This document shows positions 13,330 through 24,193 of a DNA stretch of 64,000 nucleotides, in pieces. The stretch's first letter is position 1. Each line of letters opens with the position of its first letter. The stretch spans positions 44,642,001 to 44,706,000 of the forward strand of contig NC_058368.1 in NCBI RefSeq assembly GCF_018350175.1, in the 5' to 3' direction. Below the pieces are notes generated by a model. That model ran no database searches. It saw only the letters and a list, made by a program, of their open reading frames with translations, and had not been told where the DNA came from. The DNA comes from Felis catus (lineage: Eukaryota). The position numbers and the translations under genes were made by a program.

Positions 13330-15735
13330 ACTTTTTAAATTTGTATTTTTTCCCTGTTGTCAACATTTTATTTACAAGAAGTCGTAGGTTGGTTAGTTAT
13401 TGGAAATCTATTGGAAGAAGTCAAAAATTAAAATAATTGCTTTATTCTTTGTTCCAAAAATACTAAGTCATAAGATCTTTGCAGGTTTTACCTAAAAGAA
13501 GGGCAGGAAAACTTGGAAGCAGGAGCAGAGAAAGGGGAGTGGAAGCTCAAGAATATATTACTGAGAACAAACTCTGTAAAACCAAATTCATTTATGACAA
13601 GTGGGTAGCAAAAGTAAACCAGCCTTTTTCATTTTGTTTCTCAGTCTTTGTTCTTGGATTAAGAGGTGTGAATCACCCAGTTCGTGAGGTAGCATTTAAT
13701 GGAGAACAAGAATTACTAGCAGTCCCTGAAGATCTTGTATTTATTCAATTAGTAGGAGAGACAGCACTGCATTTTGAGCTGTCGGGGGATGTACTTGTAT
13801 AATAAATACTTCAATTGTCCTCTTTTCTCCTTCAGTCCGTGTTCTGGCCGGTGACAGAATGGGCGATACTGGTGGCGAGAAAAGGTCCAAACCAACAAGT
13901 ATCAGCTGCTCTGCAAGACTTTTCTATGAGTATCTATACTCTGCCGATTCATTCCTGCAATCTGTTCCTTCATGCTTCCTGGTGGTAGAGATCGTGCTGC
14001 TGGAAAATTAGCAGTCGTGTCACTTGTATGACTTGTCTCTTATTGAATTCCTGAAGTCCATCCCCTTGCTCTCCTTCTGGCCCAATATTATTGCTCAGAT
14101 GTGTCTTGATAGCTAAATTCTGCAGTGTCGACTCAACAATTTGTGCCATGAAATCCTTTCTCATTCCTGCCTCATTTGTTCTAAGCTATGGCCCATCTCC
14201 CAGTACTAGGGGCTCTTCTGAGAAATTGGGGGTTCTGTCCTGCTAAATGTTTGAATGAGAACTGCGGAGGGTCTGGAAGAGGCTAAAAACAGGAACCCGA
14301 GTTTTGTTCTCCATATCTTCCTCCATATGAGAAACCCTCCACCTCTGAGTGAAGAGGCAACTTCTTTGAATTCTGATTGTGCAGTAGGTAAGGTCTTTTC
14401 TCAATTTTGTTTCTTCTCAATTATTTTCATAGTTGGAAGAATTTGTGGAGCAGGACAAGTTTGAACAGTCCTCCTCAATACATGCTGCAAGGGAGAGAAT
14501 TCTGAGTTGATCTTCTGCCTTGGTGGTGTTATTTGAGCTCAAATACATGTGCTGGAAAATTGTTGGCCAGATCCACACAATTGGGGGGGGGGGGTTGGCA
14601 CCTGGGATAGTTTAACAGCCAAGTCTTCCCGTGGGAATTCAACCACTTCTTCCCCTCTGACCATCGATGGCACAGAGACATTAGCATTTAGAACAGGGCC
14701 CTCTGAATTATCTGTAATTCCTACCCATGGATCCCCTTTCTAATGCCTGATTTTCTGTGTTGCTATTTATCAAAGACAATTCTTTATGGCATGTGTGAGT
14801 GATGTAAGTTGCTAAATCTGTTGTGACCATGTACTGCTGAAGTCTTAACCTGGGTAGTATTTTCTTCTCCAAGAAGAAGAATTTCAGGTGTAAGAGCATT
14901 AGTGAGCTCATGATGATCACCTAACACTTGTAGCAGCTGCCTGTGTCTACTTTATGCAGCTGCAGCTCACTCTCTTTAAGGTACCAAATCAGGCAACAGA
15001 GGGAGCTCACCAGCTACAGAGTGAAACCTGTAAGACTGACTACTCTGTAGTCCCTTGACTTCACATCCTGTCCACCATTCATATTCTTCCATTTAGTGTT
15101 CCACTTCATGTATCATGTGTTTGAGGACATCTAGCCTGAATTTATTGCTATTTGGTAAGTCTGTGGAGGCTATGCTACCTGCTGACATGTTTTCCTTCTG
15201 CTTGGAAGGAGCAAACAAATCCATTTTTCCTTTTATTTTATTTAACAACTGTTTTTTGCTTCCTTGGGGTTAGCGCCTGTCCCACAATATAGCTTGAGTC
15301 TAGAATCTCAGTAGATTCTTCAGATTGAAGCCTGGTGTGGATTCTCTTGGCAGCACTGGTAGGATTTAAAGCAGCTTTTTGTTCCCCTGATGGAAGGACA
15401 GATGATGGAGTTCCTGCAGGGGTTACCTGTGACTGTGTTTCTATTTTTTGCTGAATATCAGTCCAGTTTAATTAAGTCAGAATTATATTCTCTTAGTTGG
15501 GGGAGAAATCTGTCTGCATTCCTATTTGACTGAGAGTTTAGAGTTATCCAGTTCATTCTCACTTTCTTCTGTTACAGTTTCTCCTTCTTCATCATCATCT
15601 ACTTCATTAGGAGCCTGAGGTTCCATGACAGATTCACTAAGAATGGCCTGGGTGACAGGGTCTTGATTTACCACTATGAGACCTTGTTAAAGTCAGGAGC
15701 CATTGTTACATTTAGAAATCCTATGCACCTATGAG
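13330..15735 (-). pseudogene. SPICE1: Processed pseudogene of SPICE1 (spindle and centriole associated protein 1/CCDC52), 5'-truncated
   Basis: Minus-strand translation gives collinear, intronless SPICE1-like peptides: [127 protein letters not shown] (stop 13592-13594). In-frame stops (13673-13675, 15093-15095) and frameshifts. AATAAA at 13367-13372 followed by a decayed A-tract; roughly the first 120 codons are missing. Confidence 0.92.
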
Positions 15736-15863
15736 AATCTTAGTTGATTCTGGTATAAGTATAATGACAGACAGAAGATAGTTTTTCCTAGATTTCTGTT
15801 TTTATTTCTTCTTCTTCTTCTTTTCTTCTTCTTCTTTTTCTTTTTTTTCTTTTTTTCCCTATA
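15440..15863 (-). repeat. Right arm of long inverted repeat, including a TTC/T-rich microsatellite
   Basis: Reverse complement of 10850-11240, with small indels and a longer microsatellite (~15806-15857). Confidence 0.95.
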
Positions 15864-15879
15864 CATTTCATGTCTTTAT

Positions 15880-16792
15880 AGGAAAAGAATTACAAGCTGT
15901 TGACATAACATTTCTCTCTTTGGACACATTTCAGGATAATAAAAATTCCTCCCATCTTCATGAAGATTTGCTTGCATTCTAGAGTATTAAGAAACTTAGA
16001 TATACCATCCCTTGAGAGACATCTGATTAGATTTCAGTGTAATAAACCAAGAAGGCCTTCCCCTCCTCAGATCACAAGAGTCTTTGACATTCTAGGCCAA
16101 AATAAAGTTTTTTTTCTTTTTCCCACAGGGGCTAATGGATGGAAATACCAGCTATCCAACTTAAGCACTAAGTGTTATAATTTTGGAGTGCCTCTCCTGT
16201 GATATGAACTCAGTGCATTCCCAAATAATACCTTGTTCTCACTCTGGGCAATTGACTGATTGTTTGTGTCCTCCCAAAAGTGTATGCTGAAATCCTAACA
16301 CCAATGTGATTGTATTAGGAGGCAGGGCTTTTGAGGCGATGAGGTCATGAATGGAGCTCTCATTAATGGGATTAGTACCTTATAAAACAGGCCTCAGAGA
16401 GCTTCTTCCCCATTTCCACCATGTGAAGACACAGCAAGAAGAGAGCTGTCTATGAACCAGGAAGTGGACTCTCACCAAACACCACATCTGTTGGTGCCTT
16501 GATTTTGGACTTCTCAGCCTCCAGAACTGTGAGGAATAAATTTCTGTTATCTATAAGCCACCCAGTCTTCTATAGCAGTCTCATTGGACTACTGCACTGT
16601 GTGTTCCAGTGAGGATTGGGGCTCAGAGAACTGGCACTAAGATCCTACCCAGGCTGGTGTTTTTGATGTGAGTAATGCATGGCTTGTTTTTCTGCAGTCT
16701 GATACTTCTGTCAGGATACACATGAAATTACATAGACTAACTTGTTAACTTGCAAGTAGGGTAAAGTCTCAGACCCTTCACAGTTTCTGACT
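15880..16792 (+). mobile_element. ERV1-type LTR (MER31/MER67-like) with nested MLT1A
   Basis: Ends gggtaaagtctcagacccttcacagtttctgac, typical of this LTR group. Confidence 0.5.
16245..16595 (+). mobile_element. MaLR LTR MLT1A/A0-like
   Basis: gaaatcctaacaccaatgtgattgtattaggag...gccttgattttggacttctcagcctccagaactgtgaggaataaatttctg. Confidence 0.85.
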
Positions 16793-17628
16793 TAACATAT
16801 ATTCCATCAAATATTCTCTACAAACAAAAGAACCTGTTCTACAAAACAGAATTAATAATATCAGTCTGAATAATATCCTTAGTATTTAGATTCGTTTCCT
16901 TCAAGATCGTGGTGTCTGTGGTTTTCGGTTTATGATACTATCCAAAAAACAAACAAGCATCTATGGCTGTGGTAAAAATGAACAAACTGTGATTAAGCTG
17001 AAAGAGCATAAACTACCAAATGTATATAATAATCATGCATGTATGCAATGATGTCTTCCACAGATTTGGGGGTTGCATAGGTGGCTGTGGTCAGTGGAGC
17101 ATTCCTAACCACTTCTGGTTATGCGCTGTCCCATTGGAATTGATTTTTGCTCAAATAAGTCATAAAATACTTAATGTACCTTAGTTTATCTTTTAACCAT
17201 ACAAACCTGTTAATTGCATTCCTTGGTTTATTAAAAAAAACCAAGCTGTGGTTTGATTGTCTTCAATCAGTATCCGTTCTTAGTTTCTCTCATTTTGAAA
17301 ATACAAGTTCCTCAGTAGGCAGGGGAACAGGTTTGCCTTTCTAAACAACAAATATTTCATTAAGAAATACGAAGATATTTTTGAACAAGTAGAGAAAGCC
17401 CTATAGAACTCTACTTTACTTTCAAAATTTCTACTATCATCTACAAAGGGGCAGATGTTGTCCGAGCATAAGAATATCAAAACAATGATGCCTATTTAAA
17501 ATGTATTATTCTGTGTTGATAAAGCCAAGAGGATATTATCACTTGTGACATCTGAGCAGAAACAGTATAGCTATCATCATTTAAGATGATGGACTAGATA
17601 ACTTCTAAGGTTTCTTTCTACTTTAAGA

Positions 17629-17694
17629 ATATATTTAGTAATTGTGTGAGATATATTTAGTAATTGTGTGAGATATATTTAGTAATTGTGTGAG
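17629..17694. repeat. Perfect tandem repeat, 3 x 22 bp (atatatttagtaattgtgtgag)
   Basis: Read directly. Confidence 0.95.
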
Positions 17695-18873
17695 TAATTC
17701 TGTTGCATCCATTTTGAAATTGTGCACAACACTGATTTTAAAGCATGGTTCCCTTTCAGTCTCCCTATCACAATGAATGGTATCAATATCCATTAAGTTT
17801 TACCAACTTAGAAACCCGGCATCATTCTTTTTACCTCTCCTCTATAAATAGAATCCATCACTACGCCCTTTGATGGATGCTCCAATTTATTCACATTTAT
17901 TCATCTTCACCACACTAACCTCATGCAAGATATAATCATCTCTTACTTAAACTACTGAATTACTTCTATCTGAACTATAAACATGACATAGTTTTTAAGA
18001 TCACAATTTGAGAAAATGCATTTTTAAAGCACCTATGCCAATCTTAGAAAAATAAACATGCTATAAATTCCCACTTCTTTCAGTACCTACATATGTATGC
18101 CAACTAATGCCCAATTCTCATAATGTAATCTAAATAGTGTCCTCTAATATATCCTAATCCAAGCCATCATTTCTTCCTTTTTTTTTTTTTTTTTTTTTGG
18201 CTGTTCTTGATCTGGGCACTGCAAAAGAAAAAGAAGTTTTGGGAGGGAAGCAGAAATTTTTCTGTGACTTCTTACCAAAAGTTCGTAAGGGTTAAATCTC
18301 TCTTTACCAAGAAATCTAATTTTCATATATTTTAAAATTAATGTGAATATTCTGTTCTTCACGGTGGCCCTTTTGGATTAGCAAGTTACATTGTCAATGA
18401 CTTTAAACAACTACGATTTCATAAATTTTATTGGGAAAAAAGTCCTCCAGGTGTGTTTAAGCACTATCCTTTTGTATTAGTTCTTCAAAGGGCATATGTT
18501 ATAAAAGTTCATTCTGAAATATCAAAAGTGACCATAAAATTTGCCATGGTCATACTTAATTCATCCCAGAAGTGATATGCTTTTGCCAAGTTAAAGTGAT
18601 AATAGCATATCCTCCTTTTTTCTTCTCAGTGAATGACACTCTAGAGGATATGATTGTCCAGTGATGTCAAAGTCACTGAGGCAGTGAAATGAACTTTATC
18701 ACTCATATCTAATAGAGTCATTGAACTGTATTAAAATTAAACCTACATTTTACTTCCTGGAATAGACAGAGGGTGAACAGAAACTGAGCTTCAATAATTC
18801 CAATTTTGGAAAAAAAAATAGTTCTCTACTATTTCAAAAAGTTTTGGAGGGCAAATAAACTTCAGATATATTC

Positions 18874-19105
18874 TTTTTTTATTTTTTTTAAATTTTTTTT
18901 AACATTTTATTTATTTTTGAGACAGGGAGAGACAGAGCATGAATGGGGGAGGGTCAGAGAGAGAGGGAGACACAGAATCTGAAACAGGCTCCAGGCTCTG
19001 AGCTGTCAGCACAGAGCCCAACGCGGGGCTCGAACTCACGGACTGTGAGATCATGACCTGAGCCGAAGTCGGCCGCTTAACCGACTGAGCCACCCAGGCG
19101 CCCCG
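18874..19105 (-). mobile_element. CAN-SINE
   Basis: Full body; TSD agatatattctttttt. Confidence 0.92.
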
Positions 19106-19179
19106 AGATATATTCTTTTTTAAAGAGGTGAATCAAATGGGTTATTGCTGTGAACTCTTTTAAACACTAAATTGTAGCT

Positions 19180-19930
19180 ATCCAGTAAGTTAGGAGGTAT
19201 AGCTTGCAGTTTCTTCCCCCTAACTGGTTTATTTTGTTTTGTTTTGTTCTGTTTTTAGTTAGTCAAATTTCTCCAGGATAAAGATTTTACTTCAAACACT
19301 CTTATGTAATTAATTGTGGCCCTGTGACAAAATTTTGGCTAATAATTAAAGATAGAAATGTCAGATGTCAGCTGCTTGGAATTTCTTCAGTAGTTCACAT
19401 GAGTGCTTTCTTGTTTTGTTTGTTTTAGTTTTTTAATGCTTATTTATTTTTTGAAGGAGAGAGAAAGAAAGAGACAGAGTGTGAGTGGGGGGAGGGGCAG
19501 AGAGAGAGGGTGACACAGAATCCAAAGAAGGCTCCAGGCTCTGAGCTGTCAGCACAGAGCCCAACGCAGGGCTCGAACCTACGAACCTTGAGATCATGAC
19601 CTAAACTGAAGTTGGACACTCAACCGAGTAAGCTAACCAGTCCCCCAGTGCTTCCTTGTTTTATGTGTCTTTTCCTGGCTGCTACTGCTTTTATACAGAT
19701 GTGGTGACTAAGTGCTAAAGCCTCCATATGTCCCAAATGGAAAACCAATAGAGCCTAGGTATATTGACAATGGAATGGAAGGATGTGGAGTATCTGGGGA
19801 TTCCATGACACAGAGTTGCCATACCAGCCCTGGCATGCATACCTTCAGCCTTTATATGAAATAGTGATATACTTATATCATCTCTGGTTTATGACCCTTT
19901 AATTGTGATGTTTCCAGTCAACTCTAAACC
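19180..19930 (+). mobile_element. Old MaLR/ERVL-type LTR with inserted SINE
   Basis: Motifs tgtggccctgtgacaaaattttggctaat and gccataccagccctgg. Confidence 0.45.
19425..19646 (-). mobile_element. CAN-SINE
   Basis: ggctccaggctctgagctgtcagcacagagcc core. Confidence 0.85.
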
Positions 19931-20442
19931 CAGTGGATAGAGTGACATTTCCTGGGAATAAAGATGTTCAGTCCAGTATAATATGCTATAAATTGCTTGT
20001 TACAAGTCTTTAACAAGGTAAATACATAAATAGAAAATAAACATTCAGATACTTCTAGAATGATTAACATTAATATGATGTTTTTATTGTATTTTACAAA
20101 AATATTCATCTGCATTAGATAAGAAAAATAATAGAGATCCTTATCACAGATAATTTGAAACTATTAGCCAACATGTATTATGTGTATGTGTGTGTGCATG
20201 TGTGTGTAATTATTATTTCCACTTGCTAGTAAATGTCTAATGGAGGACAGGCTTTATCTGAAGAGCTTAAAATTGTTTAACAGATATGAAGTCATTCTAT
20301 GTCTGCTCTCAGTTTCTATTGGCCCTGAAAGATGATCAGGAACCCACTTTAGCTACTCTTGGAATTATATTTCTTGCACCAAACATATTCCAAAACCCAG
20401 GTATGAAAAATGTGCCAAGCATGTGTGTATTGAGACTCTTTA

Positions 20443-20671
20443 AAAATAATTTTTTTTAATATTTACTTATTTTTGAGAGAGAGAGAGGAGAGAGAGAGAA
20501 CAGGCACGAGTGGGGGAGGGGCAGAGAGCAAGGGAAACACAGAATCTGAAGTAGACTCCAGGCTCTGAGCTGTCAGCACAGGGCCCCATGCGGGGCTGGA
20601 ACCCCTGAACCGTGAGATCATGACCTGAGCCGAAGTTGGGCACTCAGCTGACTGAGCCACCCAGGTACCCC
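20443..20671 (-). mobile_element. CAN-SINE
   Basis: Core motif; flanking gagactct repeat. Confidence 0.88.
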
Positions 20672-21974
20672 AAGAGACTCTAATAGAGGTACTATGAGTA
20701 TCTTTGTGCTAAAATCTTGGTCCTGAGAACATCGAAGTTCAGGATGTGAGGGCATAATGATAGGCCCAACTGTAGAGAAATATCTACCACTAAACAAGTT
20801 AACTTTGCCCCCCCCCAAAAAAAAGGTCAATATAAATGACAGTTCTTGAATAACCCAAATGGATAGAGTTCAAGGTAAAACATTTTTCTAGAAGTGGAAT
20901 GCAATTGCTGAAGGGCAGAGAAAGGAGGGTGGAGGAAGGGAAGGACAAGAATGAGGGAGGGAGAGAAAGTAGAGGGGGTGGAATTTGTTATATTTTACAT
21001 AGCTCCTACAAGTGTGTGGTGGGAGTGTGATGTCACACAGGAAGAAGTTTAAATAGGGCAATGGTTAATTTATTATTGTATCATACCATAGCAAAAAGGG
21101 GAATAAAACTTAAATGTAACAATCACCACTCTTCTACAAAAAATATATTCTCCCCCAAATAGCCTTTACAAAAAGGAAAAGAAAAGCAAGTGATGCCTGC
21201 ATCACAAACAAGAGAACGTTCTTATTCCTTGTCTTCATGATTTTCCAGGCAACGTGCAATTCATTTCTAATTTGTGGTTTTATTTATTGCTCAATTTTGT
21301 TTTTTCTTATTTGCTATTGAAGATTGCTTTAGAAAGTCTATCAAATATACAACTTAATGGGTACTCCAGCTTCTGGTTTTATTGCTGACTATGAACAATA
21401 CAGAAAAAAAAAAAGAGAGAGAGAGAGAGAAAGAAACAGTTTTATTATTACCTACGGCCACTTAAAGATAAACCGTGGCTCAGTTATTAGGGGGAATTGG
21501 ATGTCTTTTCCAATCAGATTTGGAGAGAATGTAATTCTTGAGGGTAAATAACATCTAAGTAAGAAAGAGGTATAAATATAATTAAATTACAATTCTCAAA
21601 ACAAGTAAAACTGTGATGTTTCTCATGATGTATTATACCTGACATATTTTAAAAGGAGTAAAGAGAAATAAAGTTTGTTTAAAACGTAAATAAACAATAT
21701 ACTTGTAACTATTCAATGTGTCTAATACAGCTAATGACTAATCTTTAGTATTTACTTACTTTATTTCAGGTTTTGTATTAAATCACATTAAAGAGTAACA
21801 ACCCCATTTCATAGATAGGGGCTTACTCTTATTTTATATGGCTTTCACGTAAATAAGTTTATGTTAAACATGGCGGGGGGAAGGGAGGAAACAGAACAAA
21901 ACTATATAGTAAGTAATAAAATAATAATAAACAACAATAACAAGAAAAATATTTTAAAAAGACAGAAATGAAAA

Positions 21975-22706
21975 TGTAGAGGAGGAAAAGGTTTCCCTTG
22001 ATCCTCTTAGGGTCCCTGGCTATACCTGAAAATTAAATTTGTAAAGACAGATTTACAGGAGAAAAACATATACATTTATTTAATTTATAAGTTTCATATG
22101 ACGGGACACCTGGGTGGCTCGGTCCGTTGAACATCCGACTTCAGCTCAGGTCATGATCTCATACTCCATGAGTTCGAGCCCTGTGTCGGGCTCTGTGCTG
22201 ATAGCTCAGAGCCTGGAGCCTGCTTCAGATTCTGTGTCTCCCTCTCTCTCTGCCCCTCTCCTGCTCATGCTCTGTCTCTCTCTGTCTCAAAAATAAATGA
22301 AAACATTAAAAAATTTTATAAGTTTTATATGACATGGAGACCTTCATAAAGAAATGAAAACCCAAAGAAACACTTAGACCTATGCACTTTTATGTAGGTT
22401 TGATGAAGAGTAGACAGCTGTGAAGGAATATGATAGGGTGAGGAGTATGAGATAATTGTAGCAAGTTTGGTCTGTTTATTTAGACTCTTCATGATGGTCT
22501 TTGTCTTCAAAGGTAAGGATTCTCCTTTCCTCCTGGTATAGGGAAGGCACCTCTCATTTGAGAGATTTATGACCCCTGTTTCTGAAGAAAGAACAAGGGG
22601 CTGGGAGAGAAGGCCAGAGTGACTCAAACTCTCAAATTCCTTCAGCTGAAAATATTCAACATGCAAGGGTGCAATATGTTGGGGTAATGTGTCCTGGATC
22701 CCTTCA
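21975..22706 (-). mobile_element. ERV1-type solo LTR with inserted SINE
   Basis: TG...CA ends flanked by aaaa/aaaa; related in reverse complement to the LTR at 40628-41105. Confidence 0.75.
22102..22312 (+). mobile_element. CAN-SINE inside LTR
   Basis: TSD ataagttt(c/t)atatgac. Confidence 0.9.
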
Positions 22707-22762
22707 AAAATTATATTTATGCTAGTGTTAGGTATATATCGAATACTGGGAAATGTAACATT

Positions 22763-22798
<36 letters not shown>

Positions 22799-23049
22799 GA
22801 AATACTGCTGTGATACTGGCACTTCAATTACTCTCAGGCAATTACTATCTATACCTTTTTATGAAAGAATTTTAGGACTCTGAAAAGATGATCAGCTTTT
22901 CCTAATAAACACTATGCAACTAATCATATTTTAGCAAACTGAAAATATTAATGGCAATCTGCACCACTGTAAATACCAACAGCAATTGTAACACACATCT
23001 CAAGTTGCTCTCCCTCTTGAAGAGTACCTTTAAGAAACATCAGGATGAC

Positions 23050-23232
23050 TGGGTGCCTGGGTGGTGCAGTTGGTTAAGTGTCTAATTCTTGATTTTGGCT
23101 CAGGTCATGATCTCAAGTTTCCTGAGATTGAGCCCCCGTTGGGCTCTGGGTAGACAGCACGGGGCCTGCTTGGTGATCTCTCTCCCTGGCTCTCGGCCTC
23201 ACCCACACTCTCTCTCTCTCAAAAATAAAAAC
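23050..23232 (+). mobile_element. CAN-SINE
   Basis: Head gggtgcctgggtgg, CT region, aaaaataaaaaca tail. Confidence 0.85.
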
Positions 23233-23902
23233 ATACGTTGTCAAGATGACAACATCAGAAATAAAAAAAAGAACTTAGAAAACCTATGGTATTCAAAAAG
23301 AGAAAATTTGGAAAATGCAACTGTATCTAGTCTGTAAATATTACAGCTGTTTCCAAAAGACTGCTGTTAGAATTTTCAAAATATAAGAGCTCATTTAATG
23401 CCTAATAATTTAGGGCAATCATCTTGACTTTTTCAGTTCTTTTTTCTCTATAATATTAAATAAGAGATTTGAACAGAAGAAATCTTATTGTGAGTTCAAT
23501 ACTGGAAGGAAGACTATATGAATGAATTTAATTTGCTGGTTAACATTAACAAGTAAATGTTAGAAATGGGCTTTCATTGGTCAAATTTGATACGTTTAAA
23601 TTTTGTGAATTAACTAAAACATTTTAAAGACAATGCCCACCCTTGCAAAAAAAAAAAAAAATCTGCTGGACCTATGGACTATACCGTAAAGATAGTATGT
23701 GAGGTTTTATCCTTATGATCCTGTGTTCATCCATTGGTATAGTAATAGTTTTAGTTTTCTGATACTATCAGAAGCTTAACTTACCTATTCCAGTTAACCT
23801 TTCATTCAGCTTTTCATCCATTCTACTCAGGAGGTTTAGGATTGTCTCTGAATTGTTCAACACTGACTGAATCATATTAATATTGAATGAATAGGGGACT
23901 AA

Positions 23903-24193
23903 TGTTGTTGCATTTACCTGAGCCCTTTCTTCCTAGAAATCTTGTTGAGAGACCCTCCCCTCCTCTCTTGTGTTCTGAGAAATGGCTAACTGCAAGGGAG
24001 TGACTTTTCTGGCATATTTCAAGAATTAAACACCTCCAGCCTTCAAATAAGACTCACTGTCCTCCTCCATAATCTCCTTATTTCCCTGTGAACCCTCCTT
24101 TTCTTCACTAGTCTTTTACAAGTCTTCACTAATGAATGTTCCTTCTGTTACAACAGCCTGAATAAAACCATCTAAGTAATTTGGTCTTTCACA
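23903..24193 (+). mobile_element. Short degraded solo LTR
   Basis: TG start, AATAAA near the 3' end, terminal tctttcaca. Confidence 0.45.

Noticed and set aside
13295..13350. Target-site duplication for the SPICE1 retrocopy (aatcttag at ~13300 and ~15736)
   Set aside because: Only 8 bp and not adjacent to the A-tract; cannot be called a TSD.
13479..13802. 107-aa plus-strand ORF
   Set aside because: Antisense shadow of the SPICE1 pseudogene 3' end.
17280..17480. NLYFQ (TEV-site-like) peptide shared by ORFs at 17280 and 29225
   Set aside because: Chance translation of the duplicated 51-bp DNA block; no vector or tag context.
17629..17694. Short direct repeats as a CRISPR-like array
   Set aside because: No spacers, mammalian context, no cas genes.
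22325..22822. Longest ORF in the track (165 aa, minus strand)
   Set aside because: Starts with poly-Lys from a T homopolymer and runs through a solo LTR; no recognisable protein.
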